From Leptospirales bacterium (lineage in GTDB: Bacteria; Spirochaetota; Leptospiria; Turneriellales; JAOUFE01): DNA of 41,815 nucleotides. The stretch lies in contig JBEQLE010000018.1 of the NCBI GenBank assembly GCA_040326155.1, positions 1 through 41,815 on the forward strand. Reading direction: 5' to 3'. Each line of letters opens with the position of its first letter. Position 1 is the stretch's first letter. Below the pieces are notes generated by a model that saw only the letters and a program-made list of their open reading frames with translations, was not told where the DNA came from and made no database searches. Positions 9,864-17,317 of this stretch are shown piece after piece. The position numbers and the translations under genes were made by a program.

Positions 9864-10007
9864 CCGAAACTCCGGTCGAACTAGATCTGGCAAAACCAGT
9901 ACCAAAAGCCCTGGCCGCCTGCGCCGTGTTTGTCGACGGTGTTCGCCTCATCGATAACATAATGTTCGATTAAATTTTCACTGGTGGGTAATTTACCAAC
10001 AAAAGCT
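9864..10007 (+). repeat. 144-bp direct repeat, copy 2: orphan panC 3' fragment (stop at 9971-9973) plus start of repeat A
   Basis: Encodes ETPVELDLAKPVPKALAACAVFVDGVRLIDNIMFD* versus panC ETLAELDLAKPVPKALVACAVFVDGVRLIDNILLD*. Confidence 0.95.
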
Positions 10008-10092
10008 CGCATGGCTGACTAAGGTAGACCACTTTTCAGTATAAACTAACAAACCTTTTGTGATTCTCTGCCCGCACAAATTTATAAATTAG

Positions 10093-10121
10093 TTGACGAT
10101 AGTATCGCTTAATGATATTAT
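10093..10121 (+). promoter_or_regulatory. sigma70 promoter of higBA with overlapping palindromic operator
   Basis: TTGACG-N17-TATTAT. Palindrome ATAGTATC-N7-GATATTAT (10099-10121) overlaps the spacer and -10. Confidence 0.7.
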
Positions 10122-10126
10122 AGTAT

Positions 10127-10408
10127 GTGATTGATAGATTTTCGTGTAAGGAGACTGAAAAAATATGGAATCAAGTTTATTCCAAAAAGTTCCCAAGCGA
10201 TATTCAGGCTATAGCTCTTAGAAAACTCATTATGATAAATCGAGCTACTGATTTAAATGACTTAAAGGTTCCACCAGGCAATCGGTTGGAAAAACTTAGA
10301 GGAAACAGGGAATCTTATTATAGCATTAGAGTAAACAATCAATGGCGAATCTGCTTTAAGTGGGTTAATGATAAAGCTAATGATGTTCATTTAATTGATT
10401 ATCACTAA
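10127..10408 (+). CDS. higB: HigB-type (RelE/ParE superfamily) toxin
   Basis: 'DLKVPPGNRLEKLRG', 'YSIRVNNQWRICFKW', C-terminal 'IDYH'; toxin-first gene order. Confidence 0.93.
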   Translation: MIDRFSCKETEKIWNQVYSKKFPSDIQAIALRKLIMINRATDLNDLKVPPGNRLEKLRGNRESYYSIRVNNQWRICFKWVNDKANDVHLIDYH

Positions 10409-10717
10409 ATGGAGAAAAATATGAAAAAAATAAAAAACATTCATCCGGGTGAAATTCTACGAGAAGAATTTATGGTCCCTATGAAACTATCTGCCTACAG
10501 ACTGGCAAAGGAAACACATATTCAAGCAACTAGAATATCTCAGATAATTCATGAGAAGAGATCAATTTCTTCAGATACTGCATTACGATTATCCAAATTC
10601 TTTGGCAACTCTCCAGATTTTTGGATGGGGCTACAAGTCGAATATGAGCTTAGAAATAGAAAAACTGAAATCCAGGATGATCTGAAAAAAATTCATCAAT
10701 ACTCCGAAGCAATTTGA
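10409..10717 (+). CDS. higA: HigA-type antitoxin (HTH-XRE)
   Basis: 'IHPGEILREEF', 'RISQII.EKRSIS.DTALRLSKFFG.SPDFWMGLQ'. Confidence 0.93.
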   Translation: MEKNMKKIKNIHPGEILREEFMVPMKLSAYRLAKETHIQATRISQIIHEKRSISSDTALRLSKFFGNSPDFWMGLQVEYELRNRKTEIQDDLKKIHQYSEAI

Positions 10718-10824
10718 ACCTTAACTTTTTCTCCAACAGAGTTTCTTGGAATCTATTTCTGAAAAATCTTGGATTTATAACAAAAATAAAGTGCTACAGA
10801 CCAAGACTACAATTTAACTCTCAG

Positions 10825-11211
10825 TTAAGGACAAGCCACCTTACTTAATACTACTGTCGGACACCCATTGCTATACCGGCAATATTCGCAAACATGCGCG
10901 TGAGCGTTCAACTCATTCTCAATAAGGGTAGCTTCATTGTCAGTGATTCCATCGACTCGTATATATAGATCATAAGAAATGGAAGTTACTTTATCAAAGT
11001 ACACTACCCTCCCCAATGCTGTTTCAATATTGGTATCTACTTCTTTGACTTCAGTGCTCGTTGCCGTTGAACTGAAATTCACAGAATAAATGGCTTGTGC
11101 ATCACTACTGCCACTACCCCCATTATTGCTGCAATTCACGGCTAAGAAGATAGCCATAATCGACGCAATAATTCCAACTCCTATAAATCTATTGAACCGC
11201 ATTATATACAT
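10825..11211 (-). CDS. Putative lipoprotein of unknown function
   Basis: Signal peptide ending LAVN-C followed by a Gly/Ser linker; Cys-rich tail (CEYC...C...C). Abuts the upstream paralogue-family gene. Confidence 0.7.
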   Translation of the reverse strand: MYIMRFNRFIGVGIIASIMAIFLAVNCSNNGGSGSSDAQAIYSVNFSSTATSTEVKEVDTNIETALGRVVYFDKVTSISYDLYIRVDGITDNEATLIENELNAHAHVCEYCRYSNGCPTVVLSKVACP

Positions 11212-11562
11212 TTAGCCTCCTGGAACCGGAAACACTTGTAGAATCTGATGTACGAAGCCAGGCTCAACTTCAAAAGTTCCGATTGCGGGTGGAATTTCTT
11301 TGGGAAATCCAATAAAATTTATTTCACCAGGGTCCGCTCCCAGATCGATGATTGTCTGTGGTCCATCGATTTCAAAACTATGGACAACCTGCACGGCAAA
11401 ATATTGAATATTAAGTTCGGTAAAATAATCAAACTGTGTGGGATTATATCGAATAACCAGTTTTCCTGGCTCTGCCGGTCCCGGATTTCCAGAACCACAA
11501 TAGTATACAAAAACAATAACAAGAATCAATAGCGATTTGTTAAATTTCCCGTATAGATTCAT
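11212..11562 (-). CDS. Putative small exported/lipoprotein of unknown function
   Basis: Hydrophobic N-terminus ending VYY-C then GSGNPG; N-terminal ~69 aa conserved in the paralogue at 9518-9829. Confidence 0.7.
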   Translation of the reverse strand: MNLYGKFNKSLLILVIVFVYYCGSGNPGPAEPGKLVIRYNPTQFDYFTELNIQYFAVQVVHSFEIDGPQTIIDLGADPGEINFIGFPKEIPPAIGTFEVEPGFVHQILQVFPVPGG

Positions 11563-11653
11563 TTGTCATTTGACATTTTACTCGGGAAAATGTCAAATGT
11601 TTTTATTTCTAGGGCTAAACAATTGAGCCGAAACGTCAGATAGAATCGAAACG

Positions 11654-11764
11654 TTCATTGGTGGGTAATTTCCGACCAAAAGCTTAACAAGGCAGACGAC
11701 GTCAGGAGTATTTTCGTAACATAAAAGTACTGCATTCTCAAGTTCGTCGTGCGGAATGCTACCG
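11654..11764 (+). repeat. Dispersed repeat A, second full copy
   Basis: 106/111 identical to 8168-8278. Confidence 0.9.
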
Positions 11765-11863
11765 GGCGCTGCAACGCTACCAAATTCTAACGCCAAGGAT
11801 AACCGAAAACCAAAACCGTCAGTGGAACTTCTTGCATACTTGATTGCGCAAGTGAGTATCGTT

Positions 11864-11939
11864 GAGGAGCCAGGTGCGGTAATTCCGCACGCCAGGATCT
11901 GTATGGGGGGTGCCGGGTAACCGGCATTCCTACCACGAC
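11864..11939 (+). mobile_element. Group II intron 3' remnant (domains V and VI); no RT/maturase ORF
   Basis: D5: GAGCCAGGT-GCGG-TAATT-CCGC-AC-GCCAGGATC (11867-11899) with AGC triad and AC bulge. D6: GGGGGGTGCCGG-GTAA-CCGGCATTCCTACC with branch-point-like A, ending CACGAC (AY terminus). Confidence 0.88.
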
Positions 11940-13080
11940 GGCGAAAATACTGTGGTTTATAATTAATAATTACTTAACTTGTAATATTTTTTAAATCCTT
12001 CCCCTCTTTGTTTAATGTATTCTTTGATTATCTGAAACATAACAGTATCGTTGTTTTCTAACATGTTTTCATTATATACCAAACTTCCAGCTTTATAAAT
12101 TTTTTTATTATCATCATTTTTCTCATATTCCAACATCCAGGTTTGAACTATTCCATTTTTTAGAAATAATCGCAATACTGTATGCTCGACTAGCCTTGAC
12201 TTAGTATAATTACCCGTTGACGTAACTTCTCTAACCTGTCTCTCATACTCTAAAAGTCTAGTATAGTTTATTTCTTTAGACGCTACGATTAGTTTTCTGT
12301 TTTTTTCAAAAGTTAATCTACGCTGAGGTTCATCACCATAGATTTGATAGATTTGCACTTCATTCGTTTTGCCTGATATGATCTGAAAATTAGAATTGTA
12401 TGTAAAATCAGAATCCTGATAAAAAATATCATCTTTGAATATTTTGTTATCCTTAAATATTGGCCTTAATTTTTCCGTTTGCGGTATTAATATAGTATAT
12501 TTTTTACTATCCTTAACAGAAATAAAACTCTTCAAAAACAATTCCCAAGATCCACTTTTCTGGCTAGGTGTAAAATTTACCATGCATACTAAGCCTTTTC
12601 CTATGTGTATAAATGCATGAAATTCATTCTTATCATCTTTTATTACTTTTACAAATAGTATAGCACTCTCTCCTATTTCTTTTCGAATGCTTTCAACTTT
12701 CTCACTGTGAAAAAGTTGTTTTAAAACTTTGGCTATTTCATACTGTTCGATATAAAATTTGTTCTCTCTATAGTAAAATCCTGATCTAATTCTAAAGTTA
12801 TAAATATCATTATTTAATTGTATACCTTGAGATTGTCCTTCATTTAGTTCTATTTTTAATTTGTCTTCCGAGGAAGTTAAATCAAAATTAATTAGAACAC
12901 TAGATTTAGGTACTTTTGTATATTCACTTTCAATTACCAAATGTAGGTTCGAAGTGAGCGAATCAATATTTAGCAGATCGACCAACTTAATTACATACTC
13001 TTTCTTGGTTGCTCGTATACTGGCCATTAATACCAGCAATAGTATTATGAATTTTTTCTTCATACGCATCTTCGCCTAAC
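11940..13080 (-). mobile_element. Integron-type gene cassette with disrupted attC
   Basis: On the - strand, core GTTAGGC (13080-13074) + GAAG + ATG. After the stop, ATTTTCGCC (11948-11940) complements GGCGAAGAT 8/9 and is cut where TAAC is expected. Confidence 0.65.
11963..13069 (-). CDS. Hypothetical secreted protein (cassette cargo)
   Basis: 368-aa ORF, N-terminal signal peptide 'MKKKFIILLLVLMASI', visibly more AT-rich than flanking housekeeping genes; no recognised family. Confidence 0.8.
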   Translation of the reverse strand: MRMKKKFIILLLVLMASIRATKKEYVIKLVDLLNIDSLTSNLHLVIESEYTKVPKSSVLINFDLTSSEDKLKIELNEGQSQGIQLNNDIYNFRIRSGFYYRENKFYIEQYEIAKVLKQLFHSEKVESIRKEIGESAILFVKVIKDDKNEFHAFIHIGKGLVCMVNFTPSQKSGSWELFLKSFISVKDSKKYTILIPQTEKLRPIFKDNKIFKDDIFYQDSDFTYNSNFQIISGKTNEVQIYQIYGDEPQRRLTFEKNRKLIVASKEINYTRLLEYERQVREVTSTGNYTKSRLVEHTVLRLFLKNGIVQTWMLEYEKNDDNKKIYKAGSLVYNENMLENNDTVMFQIIKEYIKQRGEGFKKYYKLSNY

Positions 13081-13176
13081 AAGTCTGTAGAATAAGTAAA
13101 ATCAGATGGCTGTACCCCCTCTAGATTGCAGTACAGGGTATAAAATCAGGCCAAAATTGACTTATCCTACAGACTC
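13081..13176. mobile_element. ~96-bp MITE-like element with 16-bp terminal inverted repeats
   Basis: AGTCTGTAGAATAAGT (13082-13097) / ACTTATCCTACAGACT (13160-13175), 1 mismatch; flanked by AAC on both sides (13078-13080, 13177-13179). Confidence 0.6.
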
Positions 13177-13414
13177 AACAGATTTTAATCTGCTCACGCC
13201 TTGGCCGGGCATTCGGGTTTCGCATCTTATTGTACTTCGAAATGTTCTTTACATTTAAAGAGATATAAGATCAAATGTTTTTTCTTAGATGCTCAACCAC
13301 ATTTTGGGACTGCCTTCGCTTAACCGCCATGATGTGCGCAAATTATGGAGGTGAATTGGTGCTCCTACGGCTGTCTCAGGTAGTCTCAAAAAGTCAGATA
13401 AACTGGAAACATTG

Positions 13415-13438
13415 GGTGGTGGGGAATTTCCGACCACC
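13415..13438 (+). repeat. Partial copy of the repeat A 5' hairpin
   Basis: TGGTGGGGAATTTCCGACCA versus TGGTGGGTAATTTCCGACCA; extended palindrome GGTGGT..ACCACC. Confidence 0.7.
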
Positions 13439-13651
13439 AACTTCAATCGATAGTCGCTGGCCCAGTATTCGGTAGGCCACAAGCTCTGTTCAAGCTTGCG
13501 ACACCGCCTCCCTACGACCGCTGCCGCTAGGTCTTCGGTCGGTAGCATTACGCGCTATAAACATGTAGAATGAATTACCTTTACGCTACGTTTTTTCCTG
13601 AATGGTAGACTGCCTGATCTTACTTGGTATGTTCCAGGAAAGAAAATAGAC

Positions 13652-14932
13652 CTAAGGTAAGAGCCAGAGACTGAGTTCGGGAATGTATGTGATGATCAGT
13701 TGAGCCCCGATTAAAATGAGTAAAAAGGGAAAGACCGATTTGTAGATTCCGGGTAAGGGTTCTTTAAATCGGAAGGATGATAAAAACAGGTTAATGCCTA
13801 CGGGGGGTGTGATGTAGCCAATTTCCAGGTTTGTTAGAAATAGAATTCCCAGGTGAACCATATTGATGCCGAACATTTCTGCTACGGGTATGACGATGGG
13901 GGCGACGACGATGATGGCTGAAAAGATGTCCATTAGTGCGCCTACGACCAGCAAGAAGATGTTGAGCATTATTAAGAAGGTATATTTGGACTGGACGTAA
14001 TTTTGAATCCATTCGAAAAAAATCTGTGGAACCTGATGGTCGATTAAAAAAGAGGTAAAAGACATGGCGAAGAATATAATCGCTAGAATACCCCCTAAAA
14101 GAGAAAAGGACTCTTTCAACATAGACCCGAATTGTTTGAACTTAATTTCTCGAAATATAAGAGTTTCCAATATGAAGAAAAAGAGAAACATCAATAACGA
14201 AATTTCTGAAATGGTTACTTTGCCTTTTAAAAATAACATGAAGACCAAAGGTATAATCGAAATTTCAACAATGAATTTTATCCATTCTGGTTTTTCGGGT
14301 TCGTCCTTTGTTTCGGGTAGTGAGATTTTCCTGGTTACGATAAAAATATAGATCGAAGGAAGTAGTATCAATAATAGACCCGGCATAATGCCTGCAAGAT
14401 ATAGATCTTTAATGGATACTGTGTTTTGGGAAATTATACCATATAATATAACGGGGATACTCGGGAAAAATAAAAGTCCTAAGGAACCCGACGAAGTGAT
14501 AATTCCAAGAGAGAGATTGCGACTATAACCGGAGGCGAGTAAAACCGGCATCAAAATTCCACCTAAAGCGACAATGGTTATACCCGAAGCTCCACTAAGA
14601 GGGGTAAATAGTGCCGATACAACTACGGCAAGAATACCAACCGAAAAAGTGGCCCCACGAAACGGACGCAATAATAAAGTTCGAAAGACATTGAATAACC
14701 TGTCGGGAAATTTGCTTTTCGCGAGCATATACCCTGTGACTGTAAATAATACCAGAGGCAATAAAAGCTCGCCCTGTGTTAGTCGACCATAAGGGTCCAA
14801 AAACGTCATAATCAACGCATCTGGACCTTCATACATATAAAAAAGCGCCACACTAAGCCAACCCAACCCTGCAAAAAGCGGCATGCCGTGTAAAATCAAC
14901 AGTATAATAACTAAAATAATTATTGCGTTCAC
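13652..14932 (-). CDS. dctM: TRAP transporter large permease subunit (DctM family)
   Basis: 'SGSLGLLFFPSIPVILYG', 'LYLAGIMPGLL', 'NLEIGYITPPVGINLF'. Confidence 0.92.
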   Translation of the reverse strand: MNAIIILVIILLILHGMPLFAGLGWLSVALFYMYEGPDALIMTFLDPYGRLTQGELLLPLVLFTVTGYMLAKSKFPDRLFNVFRTLLLRPFRGATFSVGILAVVVSALFTPLSGASGITIVALGGILMPVLLASGYSRNLSLGIITSSGSLGLLFFPSIPVILYGIISQNTVSIKDLYLAGIMPGLLLILLPSIYIFIVTRKISLPETKDEPEKPEWIKFIVEISIIPLVFMLFLKGKVTISEISLLMFLFFFILETLIFREIKFKQFGSMLKESFSLLGGILAIIFFAMSFTSFLIDHQVPQIFFEWIQNYVQSKYTFLIMLNIFLLVVGALMDIFSAIIVVAPIVIPVAEMFGINMVHLGILFLTNLEIGYITPPVGINLFLSSFRFKEPLPGIYKSVFPFLLILIGAQLIITYIPELSLWLLP

Positions 14933-14958
14933 TAGTTATAGTTTAATATTAGTCTATA

Positions 14959-15303
14959 TTGAAAATAAAAAAAATATTTACCCTGTTGTTCTGGCTATGG
15001 ATACTGCTTATATTCATTTTCTCCTCCATACCCGGCTCTTCAACTCCAGGGTTTCCCGCTGGAACCGATAAAATTGTCCATTTTCTGGAATACGCTATTT
15101 TGGGTTTTCTTGCCATTAAGTCGTGTAAATTCAATTCCAAAACCATATGGCTACCCGGTTTGTTCACTCCTGTTTTAGATGAATTGTACCAATCGCTGAC
15201 CCCTGGGCGAATGTCTGACCCTTACGATGTTCTGGCCGATATGATGGGTTATTTCATTGTTCTATTGGTATATCGAATTTATAGAGAGAAGGTAGAAAAA
15301 TGA
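14959..15303 (+). CDS. VanZ family membrane protein
   Basis: 'IFIFSSIP', 'DKIVHFLEYAILG', 'DELYQSLTPGR..DPYDVLAD'. TTG start. Confidence 0.85.
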   Translation: MKIKKIFTLLFWLWILLIFIFSSIPGSSTPGFPAGTDKIVHFLEYAILGFLAIKSCKFNSKTIWLPGLFTPVLDELYQSLTPGRMSDPYDVLADMMGYFIVLLVYRIYREKVEK

Positions 15304-15315
15304 AGAAAAAGACTA

Positions 15316-15546
15316 TAAGGAAAGCAGGAATTACAGGAAGACAGGAAAGTAGGAAAAGAGGGTTTAGACAGGATTAACCGGTTTACAGGTTAAGAGAAGA
15401 GTTTTATGTTGCGTTTTAAAAACTTATTTAATTATGAATTATTATCAAACTCTAAATATGTTTGTTTCTTAAAATCATGTAAATCCTGTCTACTTGTCTT
15501 CTTCTTTTCCTGCCTTCCTTATCTCTTCCCCTTCCTGCCTTCCTTA
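15316..15546. repeat. Long imperfect nested inverted repeat built from ~9-bp CAGGA-containing units between convergent genes
   Basis: Left: TAAGGAAAGCAGGAATTACAGGAAGACAGGAAAGTAGGAAAAG and TAGACAGGATTAACCGGTTTACAGG. Right: ATCATGTAAATCCTGTCTA and CTTTTCCTGCCTTCCTTA..CTTCCTGCCTTCCTTA. Confidence 0.8.
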
Positions 15547-15549
15547 CAA

Positions 15550-16497
15550 CTACTCTTCCTCTCTATAAAAGATATTCCAGTCATTCAGAGTTTTTCTGGC
15601 GAATTTTTGCTCGGGAACCAGGGTTTGCAGCCATTTTTCAAAATCGGGGGCCGATTCATTATTTATACCTGACAAAGCCCAACTGCGAGAGCTGGTTAAA
15701 TAGTGTTTCATCTGTGGGTTATTCTGGTAAAATACTTTGGGTAGTATATTAGAAATAAATACATAATCTTTTACATCTATTTTTGTAAATGCATCAAAAT
15801 CACCCACTTCAAAATGACAGCTGCCTTGAATTAAATTCGCTTCCGGGTTTAATGTAAGGTTTAATGCAAGGTTCTCATTTGCATTTTGTATGGAGAGCGT
15901 CTCAATGTCGGCGCCGTTTGCGCTGGCTGCTCCAAAAATTAGACCGGCCAGACATAAAATTCCACTTCCGGTACCAATTTCAATAATATTATCTTCAGGA
16001 AGAATAGAATCTTCGAGGAATTTAACCATCAATAAGGTTGTTTCGTGTTTTCCGGTGCCAAATGCAAAAGCGGGTTTAATAATAATCGTTTTTGGTCCAG
16101 CTGAGACATGCAAAGATGCTTTTTGGTTTTCTTTTATATCCCATGGCGGTACCAACAATAAGGAATCGGTAAGCGGAAATGATCGAAAGGTCTGTTCCAT
16201 GGAGTTCAAGTAGTCTGCGAATTTCTTCTTCTGAACTTCCCAGCTGCAATCTCCCAATCCCAATACCTCAAGGGCCATCGTAGTAAACGCCTCAACAGGA
16301 AAGTCCGCTGCATAAAAGAAATACATCATTGTATACTCTTCTTCCAGATTTTTCGTGACCCCTTCCTGGTACAATAGTTCATAAGAACCCAGAGCTCCGC
16401 TTTCAATAAAAAATTTTTCCAGCCTTAAGGCACTGGTTTTTAATACTTGAATCGTAAGTTCCCAAAACTCTTCATCCGGTTGTTTATAATATTCCAT
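15550..16497 (-). CDS. prmA: Ribosomal protein L11 methyltransferase-like (PrmA family)
   Basis: 'VPPW', 'IKPAFAFGTGKHETT', SAM motif 'IEIGTGSGIL', 'GADI'. Confidence 0.85.
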   Translation of the reverse strand: MEYYKQPDEEFWELTIQVLKTSALRLEKFFIESGALGSYELLYQEGVTKNLEEEYTMMYFFYAADFPVEAFTTMALEVLGLGDCSWEVQKKKFADYLNSMEQTFRSFPLTDSLLLVPPWDIKENQKASLHVSAGPKTIIIKPAFAFGTGKHETTLLMVKFLEDSILPEDNIIEIGTGSGILCLAGLIFGAASANGADIETLSIQNANENLALNLTLNPEANLIQGSCHFEVGDFDAFTKIDVKDYVFISNILPKVFYQNNPQMKHYLTSSRSWALSGINNESAPDFEKWLQTLVPEQKFARKTLNDWNIFYREEE

Positions 16498-16553
16498 AAC
16501 GCTATAACTATAGAAATATTAATTGATGAACTGCCAAGGGATTTATAATTGTC

Positions 16554-17303
16554 GTGTATATGGATTCTTTCAACATAGCTAGAAAAATATTTCACAGTTC
16601 TTCTCTGGTTCCTGTAATATTGTATTATCTGGAAATTTTCGATGGTCATGAATGGCAAATATTTGAGCATAACACACGATCCATTTCGCTCTATTTTTTA
16701 ATACTTATTGTACTAACGATGCTTACGGTAGACCTGCTGCGATTTAAATTTGAACCCGTTCAAAAATTATTTTTGAAATATGTAGGTTTTATGTTGAAAG
16801 GGCATGAAACAGACCGTTTTCAAGGTGGAATACCATACTTTCTAGGGCTTACCATCGGGGTTATCTTATTCCCCAAGGTCATAGTCGTTGCGGCTGTCTT
16901 TTTTTTACAAGCGGGAGACCCCGCCGCTGCCTATTTTGGCGGTAAATACGGTAAACATAGATTTTCTAATGGAAAAAGCATGGAAGGTTTAATTGCCGGA
17001 ATTGCTGTGGCTTTTCCAGCTTCATTATTTTTCCTTACTCTTCACACAATGTACGGCGTTGACCCTACCTTCACTTTATGGGACGCAAATTCGATACATT
17101 ATGGGGTTTTTGCAATACTTTTTGCGGGGGCTGTCGTGGGTTTTACAGCAGAACTTTTTAGTAAAAATGGAATTCTAAGTGACGATAATTTTATTATACC
17201 CGTAGTTTCCGGCGCAGTAATGACAATACTCTGGTTTATTTATCGCGATATTCCATTTCACTTGATGTTGCCCGACTGGAAAGCGCTGTTTTTGCCTATT
17301 TAA
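16554..17303 (+). CDS. Diacylglycerol/polyprenol kinase family (CTP-dependent, SEC59/DGK1/VTE5-like) membrane protein
   Basis: 'RKIFH', 'GDPAAAYFGGKYG', 'GKSMEG', 'DDNFIIP'. ATG at 16560 is an alternative start. Confidence 0.8.
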   Translation: MYMDSFNIARKIFHSSSLVPVILYYLEIFDGHEWQIFEHNTRSISLYFLILIVLTMLTVDLLRFKFEPVQKLFLKYVGFMLKGHETDRFQGGIPYFLGLTIGVILFPKVIVVAAVFFLQAGDPAAAYFGGKYGKHRFSNGKSMEGLIAGIAVAFPASLFFLTLHTMYGVDPTFTLWDANSIHYGVFAILFAGAVVGFTAELFSKNGILSDDNFIIPVVSGAVMTILWFIYRDIPFHLMLPDWKALFLPI

Positions 17304-17317
17304 ACTGATCTATTCAT

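Noticed and set aside
9858..9864. GTTGAAC core site at the junction of the panC copy
   Set aside because: GTTRRRY occurs about once per kb by chance, and there is no supporting inverse core.
8055..10007. DGR template/variable repeat pair (also considered for the dapD and lipoprotein duplicates)
   Set aside because: Differences are not confined to adenines of one copy, many are synonymous, and there is no reverse transcriptase in the window.
11593..11796. 67-aa ORF on the - strand
   Set aside because: It lies over non-coding repeat A and has no protein-like features.
8168..13440. CRISPR array made of repeat A
   Set aside because: Copies are ~1.7-1.8 kb apart, of variable length, with no regular spacers and no cas genes.
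13275..13548. Overlapping 66-aa (+) and 87-aa (-) ORFs
   Set aside because: They lie across repeat/att-like sequence with no RBS or family motif; likely spurious.
8165..13600. Complete integron or prophage
   Set aside because: No tyrosine/serine recombinase, no intact attC with both R boxes, and no phage genes.
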